Assembly: GCA_002269645.1 (NCBI GenBank)
Contig: NIVC01000591.1
Span: 434,001 to 498,000, forward strand
DNA: 64,000 nucleotides
Direction of reading: 5' to 3'
Source of the DNA: Macrostomum lignano
Lineage: Eukaryota
Part shown: positions 51,401-62,254 of the stretch, in pieces
Layout of the letters: every line of letters starts with the position of its first letter
How positions within the stretch are numbered: the stretch's first letter is position 1
The notes under the pieces: model-generated
Databases searched by the model: none
What the model was told of the DNA's origin: nothing
What the model saw: only the letters and a program-made list of their open reading frames with translations
Position numbers and translations under genes: made by a program

Positions 51401-54400
51401 CACCTGAAGGATCTCAGGGAGGGCACAGTCCACCTGAAGGATCTCAGGGAGGGCACAGTCCACCTGAAGGATCTCAGGGAGGGCACAGTCCACCTGAAGG
51501 ATCTCAGGGAGGGCACAGTCCACCTGAAGGATCTCAGGGAGGGCACAGTCCACTTGAAGGATCTCAGGAGGGCACAGTCCACCTGAAGGATCTCAGGAGG
51601 GCACAGTCCATCTGAAGGATCTCAGGGAGGGTACAGTCCATGTCATGGATCTGAGGGAGGGTACAGTCCATTTCATGGATCTGAGGGAGGATACAGCCCA
51701 TGTATTCTGGGCACAGTCCATCTAAAGGATCTCAGGGAGGGTAGAGTCTAATTGCAGGACCTTAGGGAGGGTGCAGTCCAACTGACGGATATCAAGTAGG
51801 GTACAGCTTATTTCAAGCCAACAGAATTAGAAAATCTGCTACTAGAAAAACTCACGCTATCAATCTCAGTTTCAGTAAAAGCGAGCATAAAGTCGGTAGC
51901 CGATGTAAGAACGGACCCCTCCAACATGGCCAAGTAGTTGGAATAGGTAGAGCAGGCCCTATCAAACAGATAGGACCCCAACTCCGGAATCTCCTCTTTG
52001 TTGCAATCGCCGACGAAGGTGCGAGAGCCGACTGGGCCATCCAGGGTGTCCGTGGGCGATTTCGGCGACAAGGATCTCTCGTGCGGCACCGACACTGAAA
52101 TTGGATTGCATTATTGACTTCAGGCTTTAGGCGATCACTGAGGTTTAGTAGCAATCCCTGAAGTTTTCTAGCATTAACTCAAGTTTCTAACAGCCCCTGA
52201 AGTTTTTTGACAATCCCTGAAGTTCACTAACAATCCCTGAAGTTCACTAACAATCCCTGAAGTTCACTAACAATCCCTGAAGTTCACTAACAATCCCTGA
52301 AGTTCACTAACAATCCCTGAAGTTCACTAACAATCCCTGAAGTTCACTAACAATCCCAAAAGTTCACTAACAATCCCAAAAGTTCACTAACAATCCCTGA
52401 AGTTCACTAACAATCCCTGAAGTTCACTAACAATCCCTGAAGTTCACTAACAATCCCTGAAGTTCACTAACAATCCCAAAAGTTCACTAACAATCCCAAA
52501 AGTTCACTAACAATCCCTGAAGTTCACTAACAATCCCTGAAGTTCACTAACAATCCCTGAAGTTCACTAACAATCCCTGAAGTTCACTAACAATCCCTGA
52601 AGTTCACTAACAATCCCTGAAGTTCACTAACAATCTCTGAAGTTCACTAACAATCCCAGAATTTTTATAACAAGTAACTGAAGCTTTCTAACAATCTATG
52701 AAGCTATTTAACCAACGCTGAAGTTTTCTAACAATCCCTGAAGCTTTCTAACAATAACTGAAGTTCTAAGAAGTTTTCTAAGAATTTCTGAGGCTTTCTA
52801 ACAGTACGAGCGTACCATAACAATCCTTGAATATTTTCAGCAGTAACTAAAGTTTTTAAGCACCCATTGAAGTTTTCTAAGAATTTCTGAAGTTTTCTAA
52901 GAATTCCCAAAGTTCTCTAAGAATTCCTGAAGTTTTCTAAGAATTCCGCAAGTTTTCTAAGAATTCCTGAAGTTTTCTAAGAATTCCTGAAGTTTTCAAA
53001 GAATTCCTGAAGTTTTCTAAGAATTCCTGAAGTTTTCAAAGAATTTCTGAGGTTTTCTAACAGTACCAGAACAATCCTTGAATATTTTCAGCAAAACCTG
53101 AAGTTTCTTCAGAGTCCATGAATTTTCAAGCTTTAAAATCATTCAAAGCAGGCCAATCGTCATAATTAGCAGTCCCTGAGCACACCCTTAAGCTTACTAG
53201 GCCTCAGCAACGAGTCTTGCGACGCCATGATAGAATGCGACACCGATCTTGGCAAAATCGGTTTGAACGCATCAAATGGTCTCTGCGGCAACGACAGAGT
53301 CAACTCGCCGTGACAGTCGGCAAGCCCATCGTCCAGCTGATGCACTCCAACGGCGCCTCCTGACGACTCCGTTTTAAACAGCGACGGCGGTGGAAAAAGC
53401 GACGCCGTTAGAAACCGGCAATTGGAGTTCGCGTCGCTGTCTCCGTTGCCAGCAGACGACGGAGGCGCCACCCGACCGAAAGCGCGCAGAATTCCAAGCA
53501 GACAGGGCAGGCAGTGGAAGCAGACGCGCTCTGGTTTGATAATGGGTTAGAAGTGTATTCACAGGCTGCTTCGGAGTCGCAAAACCTGCTTTGGCGCCAC
53601 AAACCCATCTTCGGCGCCTCGAAACCTTTTTGGCGCCTCAAACTCTACTTTGGCGCCTCAAACTCTACTTTGGCGCCTCAAACCCTACTTCGGCGCCACA
53701 AACCTTACTTTCAAGTCTCAAAACCTCCTTTGACGCCACAAAACCTACTCCGGCGCCACAATGCCGACTTTGGCGCCACAAACCTAACTTTAGAGCCTCG
53801 AACCCTACTTTGGCGCCTCAGAACCTACTTTGGCGCCTCAAAACCTACTTTGGTGCCTCAAAACCTACTTTGGCACCTTAAAACGTACTTTGGCGCCACA
53901 AACCTTAATTTAGCGCCACAAAACCTACTTCGGCGCCTCAAACCTCACTTTGGCGCCTCAAACCCAAATTTGACGCCACAACACCTACTTTGACGCCACA
54001 TAACCTACTCCGGCGCCACAACGCCGACTTTGGCGCCACAAACCTTACTTTAGAGCCTCGAACCCTATTTTTGCGCCTCAAAAACCACTTTGGCGCCTCA
54101 AAATCTACTTTAGTACATCAAACTCTGTCTTGGCACCTTGAAATCCTTAAGTAACAGGCAAACAGCTCTTACTATTTCGCATAGAAGTCTCCGATAGCAA
54201 TTTATTAAACGCTTCGAGGCTGCCAATCAAGTGGCGAACAATCTCGTCGCGGTATTTCTCGCTATCGCCAGCAATCTGGCAAAGAATGCTGGTGAGCACG
54301 AAGGCGAAGTTCTCCGAGGGGGGCAGTTCTGCAATTTCAATTTGAGATTGGGATTTTTTGTTTTTCTATGGGGATTTTCAGTTCTGATATGAGGATTTTT

Positions 54401-57400
54401 AGTTTTGCTATGGGGATTTTTAGTTTTGCTATGGGGATTTTTAGTTTTGCTATGAGGATTTTTAGTTCTGCTATGGGGATTTTTAGTTCTGCTATGAGGA
54501 TTTTTAGTTTTGCTATGGGGATTTTTAGTTTGGGGATTTTTAGTTCTGCTATGGGGATTGTTAGTTATGGGGATTTTTAGTTTTGCTATGGGGATTTTTA
54601 GTTCTGCTATGAGGATTTTTTGTTTTGCTATGGGGATTTTTAGTTCTGCTATGAGGATTTTTAGTTTTGCTGTGGGGATTTTTAGTTTGGGGATTTTTAG
54701 TTCTGCTATGGGGATTTTTAGTTTTGCTATGGCGATTTTTAGTTTGGGGATTTTTAGTTCTGCTATGAGGATTTTTAGTTTTGCTATGGCGATTTTCAGT
54801 TTGGGGATTTTTAGTTCTGCTATGGGGATTGTTAGTTTTGCTATGGGGATTTTTAGTTTTGCTATGGGGATTTTTAGTTCTGCTATGAGGATTTTTAGTT
54901 CTGCTATGGGGATTTTAAGTTTGGGGATTTTTAGTTCTGCTATGGGGATTGTTAGTTTTGCTATGGGGATTTTTAGTTTTGCTATGGGGATTTTTAGTTC
55001 TGCTATGAAGATTTTTTGTTTTGCTATGGGGATTTTTAGTTCTGCTATGAGGATTTTTAGTTTTGCTGTGGGGATTTTTAGTTTGGGGATTTTTAGTTCT
55101 GCTATGGGGATTTTTAGTTTTGCTATGGCGATTTTTAGTTTGGGGATTTTTAGTTCTGCTATGGGGATTTTTAGTTCTGCTATGAGGATTTTTAGTTTTG
55201 CTATGGGGATTTTTAGTTTGGGGATTTTTAGTTCTGCTATGGGGATTGTTAGTTTTGCTATGGGGATTTTTAGTTTTGCTATGGGGATTTTTAGTTCTGC
55301 TATGAGGATTTTTAGTTCTGCTATGGGGATTTTTAGTTCTGCTATGAGGATTTTTAGTTTTGCTATGGGGATTTTTAGTTTGGGGATTTTTAGTTCTGCT
55401 ATGGGGATTTTTAGTTCTGCTATGGGGATTGTTAGTTTTGCTATGGGGATTTTTAGTTCTGCTATGAGGATTTTTAGTTCTGCTATTGGGGATTTTTAGT
55501 TCTGCTATGAGGATTTTTAGTTTTGCTATGGGGATTTTTAGTTCTGCTATGAGGATTTTTAGTTTTGCTGTGGGGATTTTTAGTTTGGGGATTTTTAGTT
55601 CTGCTATGGGGATTTTTAGTTTTGCTATGGCGATTTTCAGTTTGGGGATTTTTAGTTCTGCTATGGGGATTTTTAGTTCTACTATGGGGATTTTTAGTTC
55701 CATTAGTTTGTTGACTTGACACAAACAATAAAAACATGACATTTGATAATTTAAGAACTCACTGTGAATATAAACGGCAGATGGTGGATCTTCCCAACAG
55801 GCTCCAACCAGCGAATCAAATATGTCCAACAGCTTTGGCAGCAGCTGGTCCAACATCTGCATGTCATGTCAATTAAATGCACATATAACATAAAAATATC
55901 CATCATTTTTTTAAATAAATGGAAATTTCAGCAGTCAAACACTCACAGCCAGATTGGATTCCAGCAGGAATATTCCTGTAGCAACAACAGCATTCTCTCC
56001 CTGCCCATTGAACAGGTATTGGCCAGATTTTGACCGACTTGGATAATAGCTGAGAATTCTGTTCACCTAAAATAAAACAAAATACAAGCTTGTTTATACA
56101 TTCATTACTTCAAGTAGTGAGCTTGAATGAGATACAATTAAAGGGTGCAATTCCATTGAAAAAAAATTTAATGGTGAAAAGACATTATAAATACAATGGC
56201 AACACAATGAATATACCTTAGCTTATTAATCAGTGCCCCCATTCAAAATTTTCTAGATCCACACCTAGTAGTCGGTGCATGGTGGAATAAAATTTAGGCA
56301 ATGGCTGATTATATACTTGTGTATTCTAAGAATTAAATTGTGGCAAAAAAAGTCATTTGCATGAAAGACTTCTCAAAAGGAGGGTCTTTATCATTTGAGT
56401 AAAATATTCAGTTTGCATGCTAGACCATACATTTGTATGCTAGAAAATATGATAGGCAAGGTAGGACCAGAAAAATATATGCTGGAATTCTAGCATGTAG
56501 GCTACCTTTTTATTATAGGTATAACACAGATAAGGAACCTTATTAAACTATAGCATGCATTACACATAGCATGCAATATTTAGAGGCACTAATATAGTTT
56601 CATTTGCAAAATTATTTTTATTTGAATTGATGCTAAATTTGGATTTTGCACTCTATGAGTTCTTTATGGTCTGAATGGATGAATAATAATACTAATATAG
56701 TGTAGTAAGCCGCTAGTTTATTGTTAGGCGTCGCCCTTGTCAGCTGCTCCCTTGCCCTCCATTTGGGTTGCTGTCTGCCGCTGGTCAGCTTCCCGTCCCT
56801 TTTTCGTTTGCCTGTTGCCCCCTGTGTCCCTTTCCACCCTGTTGCGTCTCCGTTCTCAGCCCTCAGTCTCTCGACTGTGGGCTGTCTCTGTTTCGCTTCC
56901 ATCCTGTTTTCCTCTGTCATGTGAGCAAGTCACATGACAGCTCTTGCGTTCTTTTAGTCTTAAAGTGCAGTAAACATGTTTACTGCACTCGTTGGCCCTG
57001 TTTACCGGGTGAGTCACATGCTTTCGGACCCCTCCCTTTTCTAAGGAGAGGAGTGACTCATGTTGCTAAAAATAGCAACTGAGTCACAGCCATGTGTACT
57101 CTGCCGGGGACCCTCAAGTGACATCAGTTCTAAAAATAGAACAAGTCACGAGGTCTGGAGCATGGGAATTTCCCGGCTATAAATAGGAGCCCTCTCCCCC
57201 TTGTTTCCGTCAAGGAGTCTTCCTTCTGTTCAACCTCGAGTTCTACGTCCGCGTGTGACTAAGTCCCGAGTGTCCGAATCTTTGCGCACATTGATTCTGT
57301 TCCTATTGCTCCGACTGAGACCCGACCAAACCAATCCAAGTCTACGAGAGGCTAACTCAGCCCTCCCTCTACCATCCTAGCCCGGCAGGTACTGCTGACG

Positions 57401-59739
57401 AGACGCCTTATACATTGAGCTGCAAATCTGCACGTCGTGCTGTGTTTGTTGACTTCATTATTTCGTTCCGACGGGAAGCTCACCTCACCGAAGGCCGAGA
57501 CCTGAAGGAACTGGTGGCAGCACTACCTACGCTACTAAGAGTTAAGAAGGCTTCTGAGTGAGAGGATGGAGCCCAAGTCACTGCGCTGTACAGCAGGACA
57601 ACCACAGGTACAACACTGGTGGCAGCGGTGGGATTCAAAGACCTACCAGGCCACCCCGAGAAAACCCAAACTATTTCAATAGCATAGAAGTATGAGTTTT
57701 TTAGCTTGTAAGCCATGGCTATATAGGTTGTAGATAAAATGGTTGTGATTATAAATTAAAACATAGGACTAAAAAATCTATTTATTTTTGCATAAGAGTT
57801 ATAATTTAAATTTATTTTCCAATAGACCATTCTTAAATACAAAATAGTTCTTTTATACATAAATAGTCTATTTTTTAGCCAATTTGAATTTTTTAACACA
57901 AAAATCAAGCCAGCAATTTTTGTTATATTGTACAAAATAATTATTGATAAATATTTTTGTTATAAATGTATCCTCTCAAAGCCATAAACATAAGTGAATT
58001 TAGCCACAAAATAAAACCTACTTGTCTATTAGACCTTCAGTTCTCTTATATGACCAGTGTTAATATTATGTACTAGTGTATGCTTTCTAAGCTTCTATAT
58101 GTTTATGTATGCCGATAGGCTTAAATTGCATATGAAAATATGCCAAGATGAAACAAAAAAGGCAACCCAAGTTTTAGGCTTGCAAACTTTTTATCTTTGC
58201 AAACATACATGCCCAACACCCATCTGACCCATCCAAATGAGATAAGTGAAATGGCTGCTGGCCAAGGTAAGTTGCAAAATAAAAAACACAAAAAAACAAA
58301 AAATTGGAGGAAGAAAGAAAGAAGAGGAAGAGAAAAAGAAAAGAAAGGGGGGAAAGAGAGAAAGGGAAAAGAGGAGAGAAAGAGAGAAAGAGAAGAAAAT
58401 AGAAAAAAGGCAAGAAAAGTCATATACAATGTGAAAATTAAGTCACAATCAAGGGAACTAAATTGCAAGCAAGAGGAACTAAGTCGCAAATCTGGACAAA
58501 ACTAAGTTGCACTAGATGGGTGGAATTTTGAGGTTAGGCATGTATGTTTGCAAAAAAGATTAATAAAAACCATGCCAAATTATACAAACATGCCAGACTA
58601 TACTTACACTATTGAAGGCCAATCTGTGCCAAACATTGTCTACAATAATGGCAATTGGCTACAATATGGCTTGAACTTAATCATTTTTATATGCCAATTG
58701 CAGTGTATATTGATTGGGATTTATAACTTAGTCTTACTTATTGTCTTGGCAATCTCTATATGCCAAGCTATATACTCCAAGGGGTATGCCAAGCCTTTCT
58801 ATATACCAATCTGTCTGCCAATAGTATATGCTAGATCTTTTTATACATTGGAATTTTCCAACATTATGCATATTATCCTGAGTTTAGTCAATATGAATTC
58901 TTTGACAAACTTACTTAGAAGCCTTGTAAGTCTTAACAAGTTATTTATTTTGAACTTAGACAAAGGAATATAAAGAATGGTACCATGATCTTTTATGTGT
59001 CTAGTCTAAATATTCTGGGACAGTTTAAAACAATCTGCACTAAAAATAGATCGTAATTACTCTGATTTCTTTTCTTAAATTATATTAATCTTTCAATAGA
59101 AATTATCAAATTTAAATCTTTAACAAAATAACTACAAGCTAATATTATGAAATGCCTCTTATCACTAAAAAGGACTATACTCATTAAATCTTTATTTTTT
59201 CATCAAAAAATGAAGTGTATCTAATCACAAAAGCAACTTGTCACCAAAATGACTAATTGTCACCAAAACATGTCACTGAAACAACTTGTCACCAAAATGA
59301 CTAGTAGGCCTACCTGTAATTTGTTATAGGTTTTTAACTAGGCCCCCTATATTTATTTTTCAAACTAATTTTGTGACTTACACTGCCTAAATAAGACAAA
59401 GTTCATGCATGGATCTTGTATCTCAATAATTATAAAGTTGTAAAAAGTTTACCTTAAAATTCCTAAATTATAAATTACTATGGATTAAAAACGACAATAT
59501 AAGAATAGCAGAAGTAACAAACTCAAGTCGAAGTCTAAGACAAAGCCAGAACCAAAGCCGACTAAGTAAAAAACAGATCATTATTGCCATTAAAACCAAA
59601 AGTCAATATATACCTTTTCTTCAATAGACTTAATCCCATTTCCTTGAGACACATAAGCCTTGGCTAATGCCCTCGCGAGTTGAATGACAGACGACTGGGT
59701 TGTACCACCAAAATACGATAGAGAATAAATTGGCGGCAT
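33467..59739 (-). CDS. PI4KA: Phosphatidylinositol 4-kinase III alpha (PI4KA/Stt4), ~2220 aa, 22 coding exons
   Basis: Exons 59739-59614, 56066-55947, 55856-55763, 54328-54173, 53530-53198, 52094-51856, ~51172-50754, 50169-49738, 48758-48542, 47212-46928, 46306-46189, 46117-45993, 44008-43866, 43773-43691, 42993-42336, 40898-40592, 39599-39150, 38604-37831, 37364-36895, 36564-36070, 35258-34883, 33709-33467. Motifs: [76 protein letters not shown]. The exon 7 acceptor and exon 12 donor are uncertain. Confidence 0.95.
33770..34520. repeat. 22-bp minisatellite (TAATTAAAGCTCCATGACCCTC) with higher-order variants; a 33-bp repeat follows at ~34590-34790
   Basis: Direct reading; last PI4KA intron. 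Confidence 0.9.
35455..35975. repeat. 29-bp minisatellite (GGTCATTGTCTAGGGTCATGATTAGGATT)
   Basis: Direct reading. Confidence 0.88.
37420..37790. repeat. 23-bp minisatellite (CCCTAATTAGAAATGGCACATAT)
   Basis: Direct reading. Confidence 0.9.
39830..40570. repeat. 33-bp minisatellite (CAGCCTGATGACTCATCACAGAAATCTATAGAT) containing two palindromes
   Basis: Direct reading. Confidence 0.9.
40990..42260. repeat. Adjacent 18-bp (CCACACCACAGCCCGATC) and 22-bp (CCCATACCCTACAATCAGCGAT) minisatellites
   Basis: 18-mer at ~40990-41300, 22-mer at ~41335-42260. Confidence 0.9.
43070..43260. repeat. 25-bp minisatellite (AATGATTTTCACTAATCAGTTGGCT)
   Basis: Direct reading. Confidence 0.88.
44265..45915. repeat. 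21-bp minisatellite (AGATAAGGTAGGTGTATGTGT), ~1.65 kb
   Basis: Direct reading; source of the 588-640 aa YTYLI/HIHLP ORFs. Confidence 0.93.
46460..46860. repeat. Degenerate composite repeat built on ATAATCTCAGGTGAGAT
   Basis: Direct reading. Confidence 0.7.
47260..48520. repeat. ~17-bp minisatellite (GTTTGTGAAGATTYGA / GTGAATTCTCAA variants)
   Basis: Direct reading. Confidence 0.9.
48845..49700. repeat. ~41-bp minisatellite (GAGCATCACAGCTCAYAYCAGCTACATGAGCAACCCTCCCC)
   Basis: Direct reading. Confidence 0.9.
51170..51790. repeat. 30-bp minisatellite (GAGGGCACAGTCCACCTGAAGGATCTCAGG) abutting PI4KA exon 7
   Basis: Direct reading; in frame with exon 7. Confidence 0.9.
52210..53060. repeat. Two related 20-bp minisatellites (CAATCCCTGAAGTTCACTAA; GAATTCCTGAAGTTTTCTAA)
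   Basis: ~52210-52660 and ~52870-53060. Confidence 0.88.
53585..54110. repeat. ~21-bp minisatellite (TTTGGCGCCTCAAACCCTACT)
   Basis: Direct reading. Confidence 0.85.
54365..55700. repeat. ~21-bp minisatellite (TTTTAGTTYTGCTATGGGGAT)
   Basis: Direct reading; source of the MGIFSSA ORFs. Confidence 0.92.
56701..57615 (+). mobile_element. LTR (915 bp, TGT...ACA), same family as 12436-13349, in PI4KA intron 1, antisense to the gene
   Basis: Aligns with the solo LTR up to ~57540; TATAAA at 57178; ends CAACA at 57615, one base before the PBS. Confidence 0.87.
57617..57636 (+). promoter_or_regulatory. Retroelement primer-binding site complementary to the tRNA-Leu 3' end
   Basis: TGGTGGCAGCGGTGGGATTC is the reverse complement of GAATCCCACCGCTGCCACCA, the 3' end (with CCA) of eukaryotic tRNA-Leu(AAG/UAG)-type tRNAs. 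Confidence 0.85.
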
Positions 59740-60255
59740 TGTTTTTTATCGAACAGATATCTTTTTTGCTTTGCTGAAACTGATCTGTCTGGTTCCTGGT
59801 ACTGTCTTAAGTCTGCTCAATTCAACAATGGCAAACCAATGTTTTCATGATTCCAAAAAATAACACAGCGTACTAACAAAAAACTGCTTAGTTACGGATT
59901 TTGTGGTTTTCTTGTACTATCAGATTAGATCTATTCATCATTATCATCATCGTTCGATGACCGGATTTTCAGTTCTCGGTTCAGTTCCGAAATTTAAATT
60001 AATTCACTCCGGATTGCCTCTAAATAGTTAGTGTATAAACAAAGTAAAAACATTTCTGCTCTAATTGCACTTAAACAGCAAATAAAAAAGCATTGCCTTT
60101 GCAATAAATATTTAAATTATATTATTTTTTGATGATAGTTTTACATTTTATTGTAATTTTTTCGTCAGTCATTTTAGCGCGCATATGAAACTTATGCATA
60201 CGAAATTCAAAAGCACATTGCTTTCGAATTGCTTGGAGAATGCCTAAGGCAAAGG

Positions 60256-60442
60256 CGGTGGCGCAACCAGGTGGGGGCGGGGCGGTCGCCCCCCTCTTAT
60301 AGGCGCGGAGACCCAAAAAATCAAAGAATCAGAGGGGGGACCAAGCGAATTTTCGCCAAAACAGAGCCAACCCTCCGACCCCTCTCCCGGTACTTTACCC
60401 TCCAGAATCCGCCCCCTCATAAAATTTCTGGTTGCACTACTG
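60256..60442. mobile_element. MITE-like element with 15-bp imperfect TIRs
   Basis: CGGTGGCGCAACCAG (60256-60270) vs CTGGTTGCACTACTG (60428-60442), 12/15 match; GC-rich island in AT-rich DNA; no clear TSD. Confidence 0.45.
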
Positions 60443-60905
60443 AACGAAAGTTTCCTTACACACCCTCTCTTCAATATAAATTTATAATTATATTATATTT
60501 CAATATAAAATTATTATGTTTTACATATTATAATTATAATTATAATTATAACTTTAATTACATGTATATATAATTATATAATTAAAAAAGATATTTAATT
60601 TATCTGCACTTTCTTTGAAAATTTAATCTCATAAGAATAAAATATAAGCATAAAAGTCATGCTCAAATGTCTTTTGCTGAGCAAAACTGTCACTCTATAA
60701 TGATGGTATTAAATATTTACGCGTAGATGAACTTTGTTTTAGTTTTTAGTTACTCTTAAGACTAGAAAAAAAATTACCTGGGACTATATGAAGTATAATT
60801 TGTTTTAACTAATTGTTTTACTTAAATGAATAAAAAATATATACACTGTAAAAGTTAGCTCATAACAGCAACAACAACAACAAATTCTGCAGCTAGCAAT
60901 CAAAG

Positions 60906-61375
60906 TCACAGAGCAGGGTGCTTCAGATGTCGCGCCGCAGAGCCTGAGAGCGGACGAAGTCCGCCCCGTTGGCAGTGTCGGGCGCCCTGGCGTCGCCTAC
61001 GTAGGAGGCAGTCCACGTATCGACGGGTTTGGGCCTGACCCCGCCTGAGCGGGCCCTGCAGAGTGAGCAACAGGACGTCCTGAACAGGTTGGCGTGTTGA
61101 CAACCAGTCCGACGCTCAATGCCACTTTGACCAACCTGTCGATCTGGCGGGATGCCACCTTGAACGGACGAGGACAGGAGAGCGAGTTCGTCGGCGTAGC
61201 CAAGCAAATAATAATAAGGCGCTTTTCGCCGTGGCGGCGACCGATGCGTCTGCGCAGCGCAGGAAGCCGTCGTTAGTCGAGGAGACTGCGGTCCGAAGCA
61301 CCCAGTGGCAGCAGCACGAAGAGAAACGGCGCCAAAGTGTCGCCATGCAGAACTCCTGATGAAGTGTCGAACTGA
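60906..61375 (-). mobile_element. Degenerate non-LTR retrotransposon RT fragment (RTE-like), frameshifted
   Basis: FDTSSGVLHGDTLAPFLF, WVLRTA, LGYADELALLSSS, QIDRLVKVALSVGLVVNT spread over several frames. Confidence 0.8.
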
Positions 61376-61959
61376 TGATGATTTACATGTATGTAATCGC
61401 CCTACTAGTGAACCGTCTTCTCATGGGGGAAGGATCAGATCGTATGACTATGGATGGCTGCCAGCCGTCTATGACCAGACTATGACCGACAGATCGCCCT
61501 TCAGGTTGTCCCGCCCATGCATATTGATAACAAATTTTTGGTAGTGCTATATTAGAGACGCGGTAAGGACCCAAATGTGCCCCATCGATAGCTAAGGTGC
61601 AAATATTGATCATCGGGGTTATTGCATGACCCACTGGCTGCCACCACTCTGTGACCTGGCGAACCTGGATCTACGTTATGACCAGACCTGGCGAGGCCGG
61701 AGCCCCGCCTGGGATGGGTATCAAGGGTTGGAGCTAGCGGCGAGCAGCATGCAGCCGAATAGCTATAATAGGAATCTGCTTGGGCACAAATCGGGAACTC
61801 CGGGATCATACAGACGGATTTTTATCAGGGGATCCTTTTAAGGCTGTGATGACATACGGTTCAGATTGCAAAAAGTACATGTAGTGTATAGAGAAAACGT
61901 AGAACAGCTATACATGTACATCTAGTTTGGATTGATCAATGGGTTCGGGCCTGGCTCCT

Positions 61960-62225
61960 CATATGAAAGGTTTTCCTCTCCACATGGAGCACCAGACCGC
62001 TGATGTGATGAACCACTGCTGGCCGCAGCGTGCGTCTGCGTCGTGGCATGTCAGGTCCGCTGATACGTCAGCAGACACAGTCAGCATCTCGGTCTTCAAT
62101 ATGCTGACAACGCTTGAACCCACCTCTTTCTGTGCTTTCAACAGACGAGAATAAGAGGCTGAGGTCACCAGCGTTGCCAAACAAGCTTAGGTGTTTTTTG
62201 CCGCTGTGGCGAACGATGCGTCTCC
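61960..62225 (-). mobile_element. Second, more decayed RT fragment of the same type
   Basis: RRIVRHSGKKHLSLFGNAGDLSLLFSSVES aligns to RRHGEKRL..LGYADELALLSSS of the first fragment; then KTEMLTVSADV in another frame. Confidence 0.55.
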
Positions 62226-62254
62226 ACAACAGATAAAAAAAGCAGGAAGAAATC

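Noticed and set aside
1725-55700. Tandem arrays as CRISPR
   Set aside because: No unique spacers, no cas genes, eukaryotic intronic context
57617-57640. tRNA-Leu gene
   Set aside because: Only the 20-nt complement of the 3' end including CCA, directly after an LTR; this is a PBS, not a tRNA gene
58121-58973. Hydrophobic or Lys/Glu-rich ORFs and a ~100-nt polypurine tract as retroelement env/PPT
   Set aside because: Low-complexity AT-rich intronic DNA, no domain motifs, no 3' LTR following the tract
61383-61841. ORFs between the two RT fragments
   Set aside because: No recognisable motifs; likely decayed TE sequence
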